From contig JBLDXI010000001.1 in the NCBI GenBank assembly GCA_047495785.1, positions 4,216,001 through 4,280,000 of the forward strand: a stretch of DNA of 64,000 nt, given 5' to 3'. This document shows, piece after piece, positions 63,810 through 64,000 of this stretch (its first letter is position 1; every line of letters starts with the position of its first letter). Made by a program: the position numbers and the translations under genes. Below the pieces are notes generated by a model. The model ran no database searches. It was not told the origin of the DNA and was given only the letters and a program-made list of their open reading frames with translations. The DNA comes from Lepidodermella squamata (lineage: Eukaryota > Animalia > Gastrotricha).

Positions 63810-64000
63810 CTGAAAATGAAAAAACGGATTTTTTATTGACAAAATATGAGAGTTTCATTGAATATACTTAATATTTCAAGCCTACAAGGTAAAAATAGCC
63901 GAGTTTTCAGCAAACCCCAGCCAAAATTAACCTAATAAAACCCGTCCCAGCCCTCTCATCAGAAAGGCAATTTTCTTCAAGCTGATTATACATTTGAATT

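Overview
Eukaryotic (invertebrate animal) genomic DNA with compact genes. Introns are mostly about 50-110 nt with frequent TTTCAG-like acceptors, which is nematode-like, but the taxon cannot be fixed from sequence alone. The backbone is a tandem array of six annexin genes, all on the minus strand: two short-tailed copies with a deleted repeat-III loop, and four with long or short Pro-rich N-tails, three of them ANXA7/11-like GYPP tails. Interleaved are three paralogous secreted di-cysteine (galaxin-like) Gln/Thr-rich proteins, a divergent GluN2-type NMDA receptor subunit, a family of small secreted mini-PAN/apple-like Cys-rich proteins (one nested in an NMDAR intron, one frameshifted), a secreted protein of about 16 LDLa repeats, and a putatively myristoylated permuted-papain (PPPDE/LRAT-like) enzyme. 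The 3' end of an SLC4 bicarbonate transporter closes the window. The NMDAR has Lys at the Q/R/N pore site, an altered SYTANLAAF gate, a CCHC zinc knuckle and three CaMKII-like motifs in its tail. Intergenic DNA holds many MITE/foldback elements, a Penelope remnant with a minimal hammerhead ribozyme, REL-type and gag-like LINE fragments and a Tc1 remnant. Exon structures were inferred by hand and are approximate.
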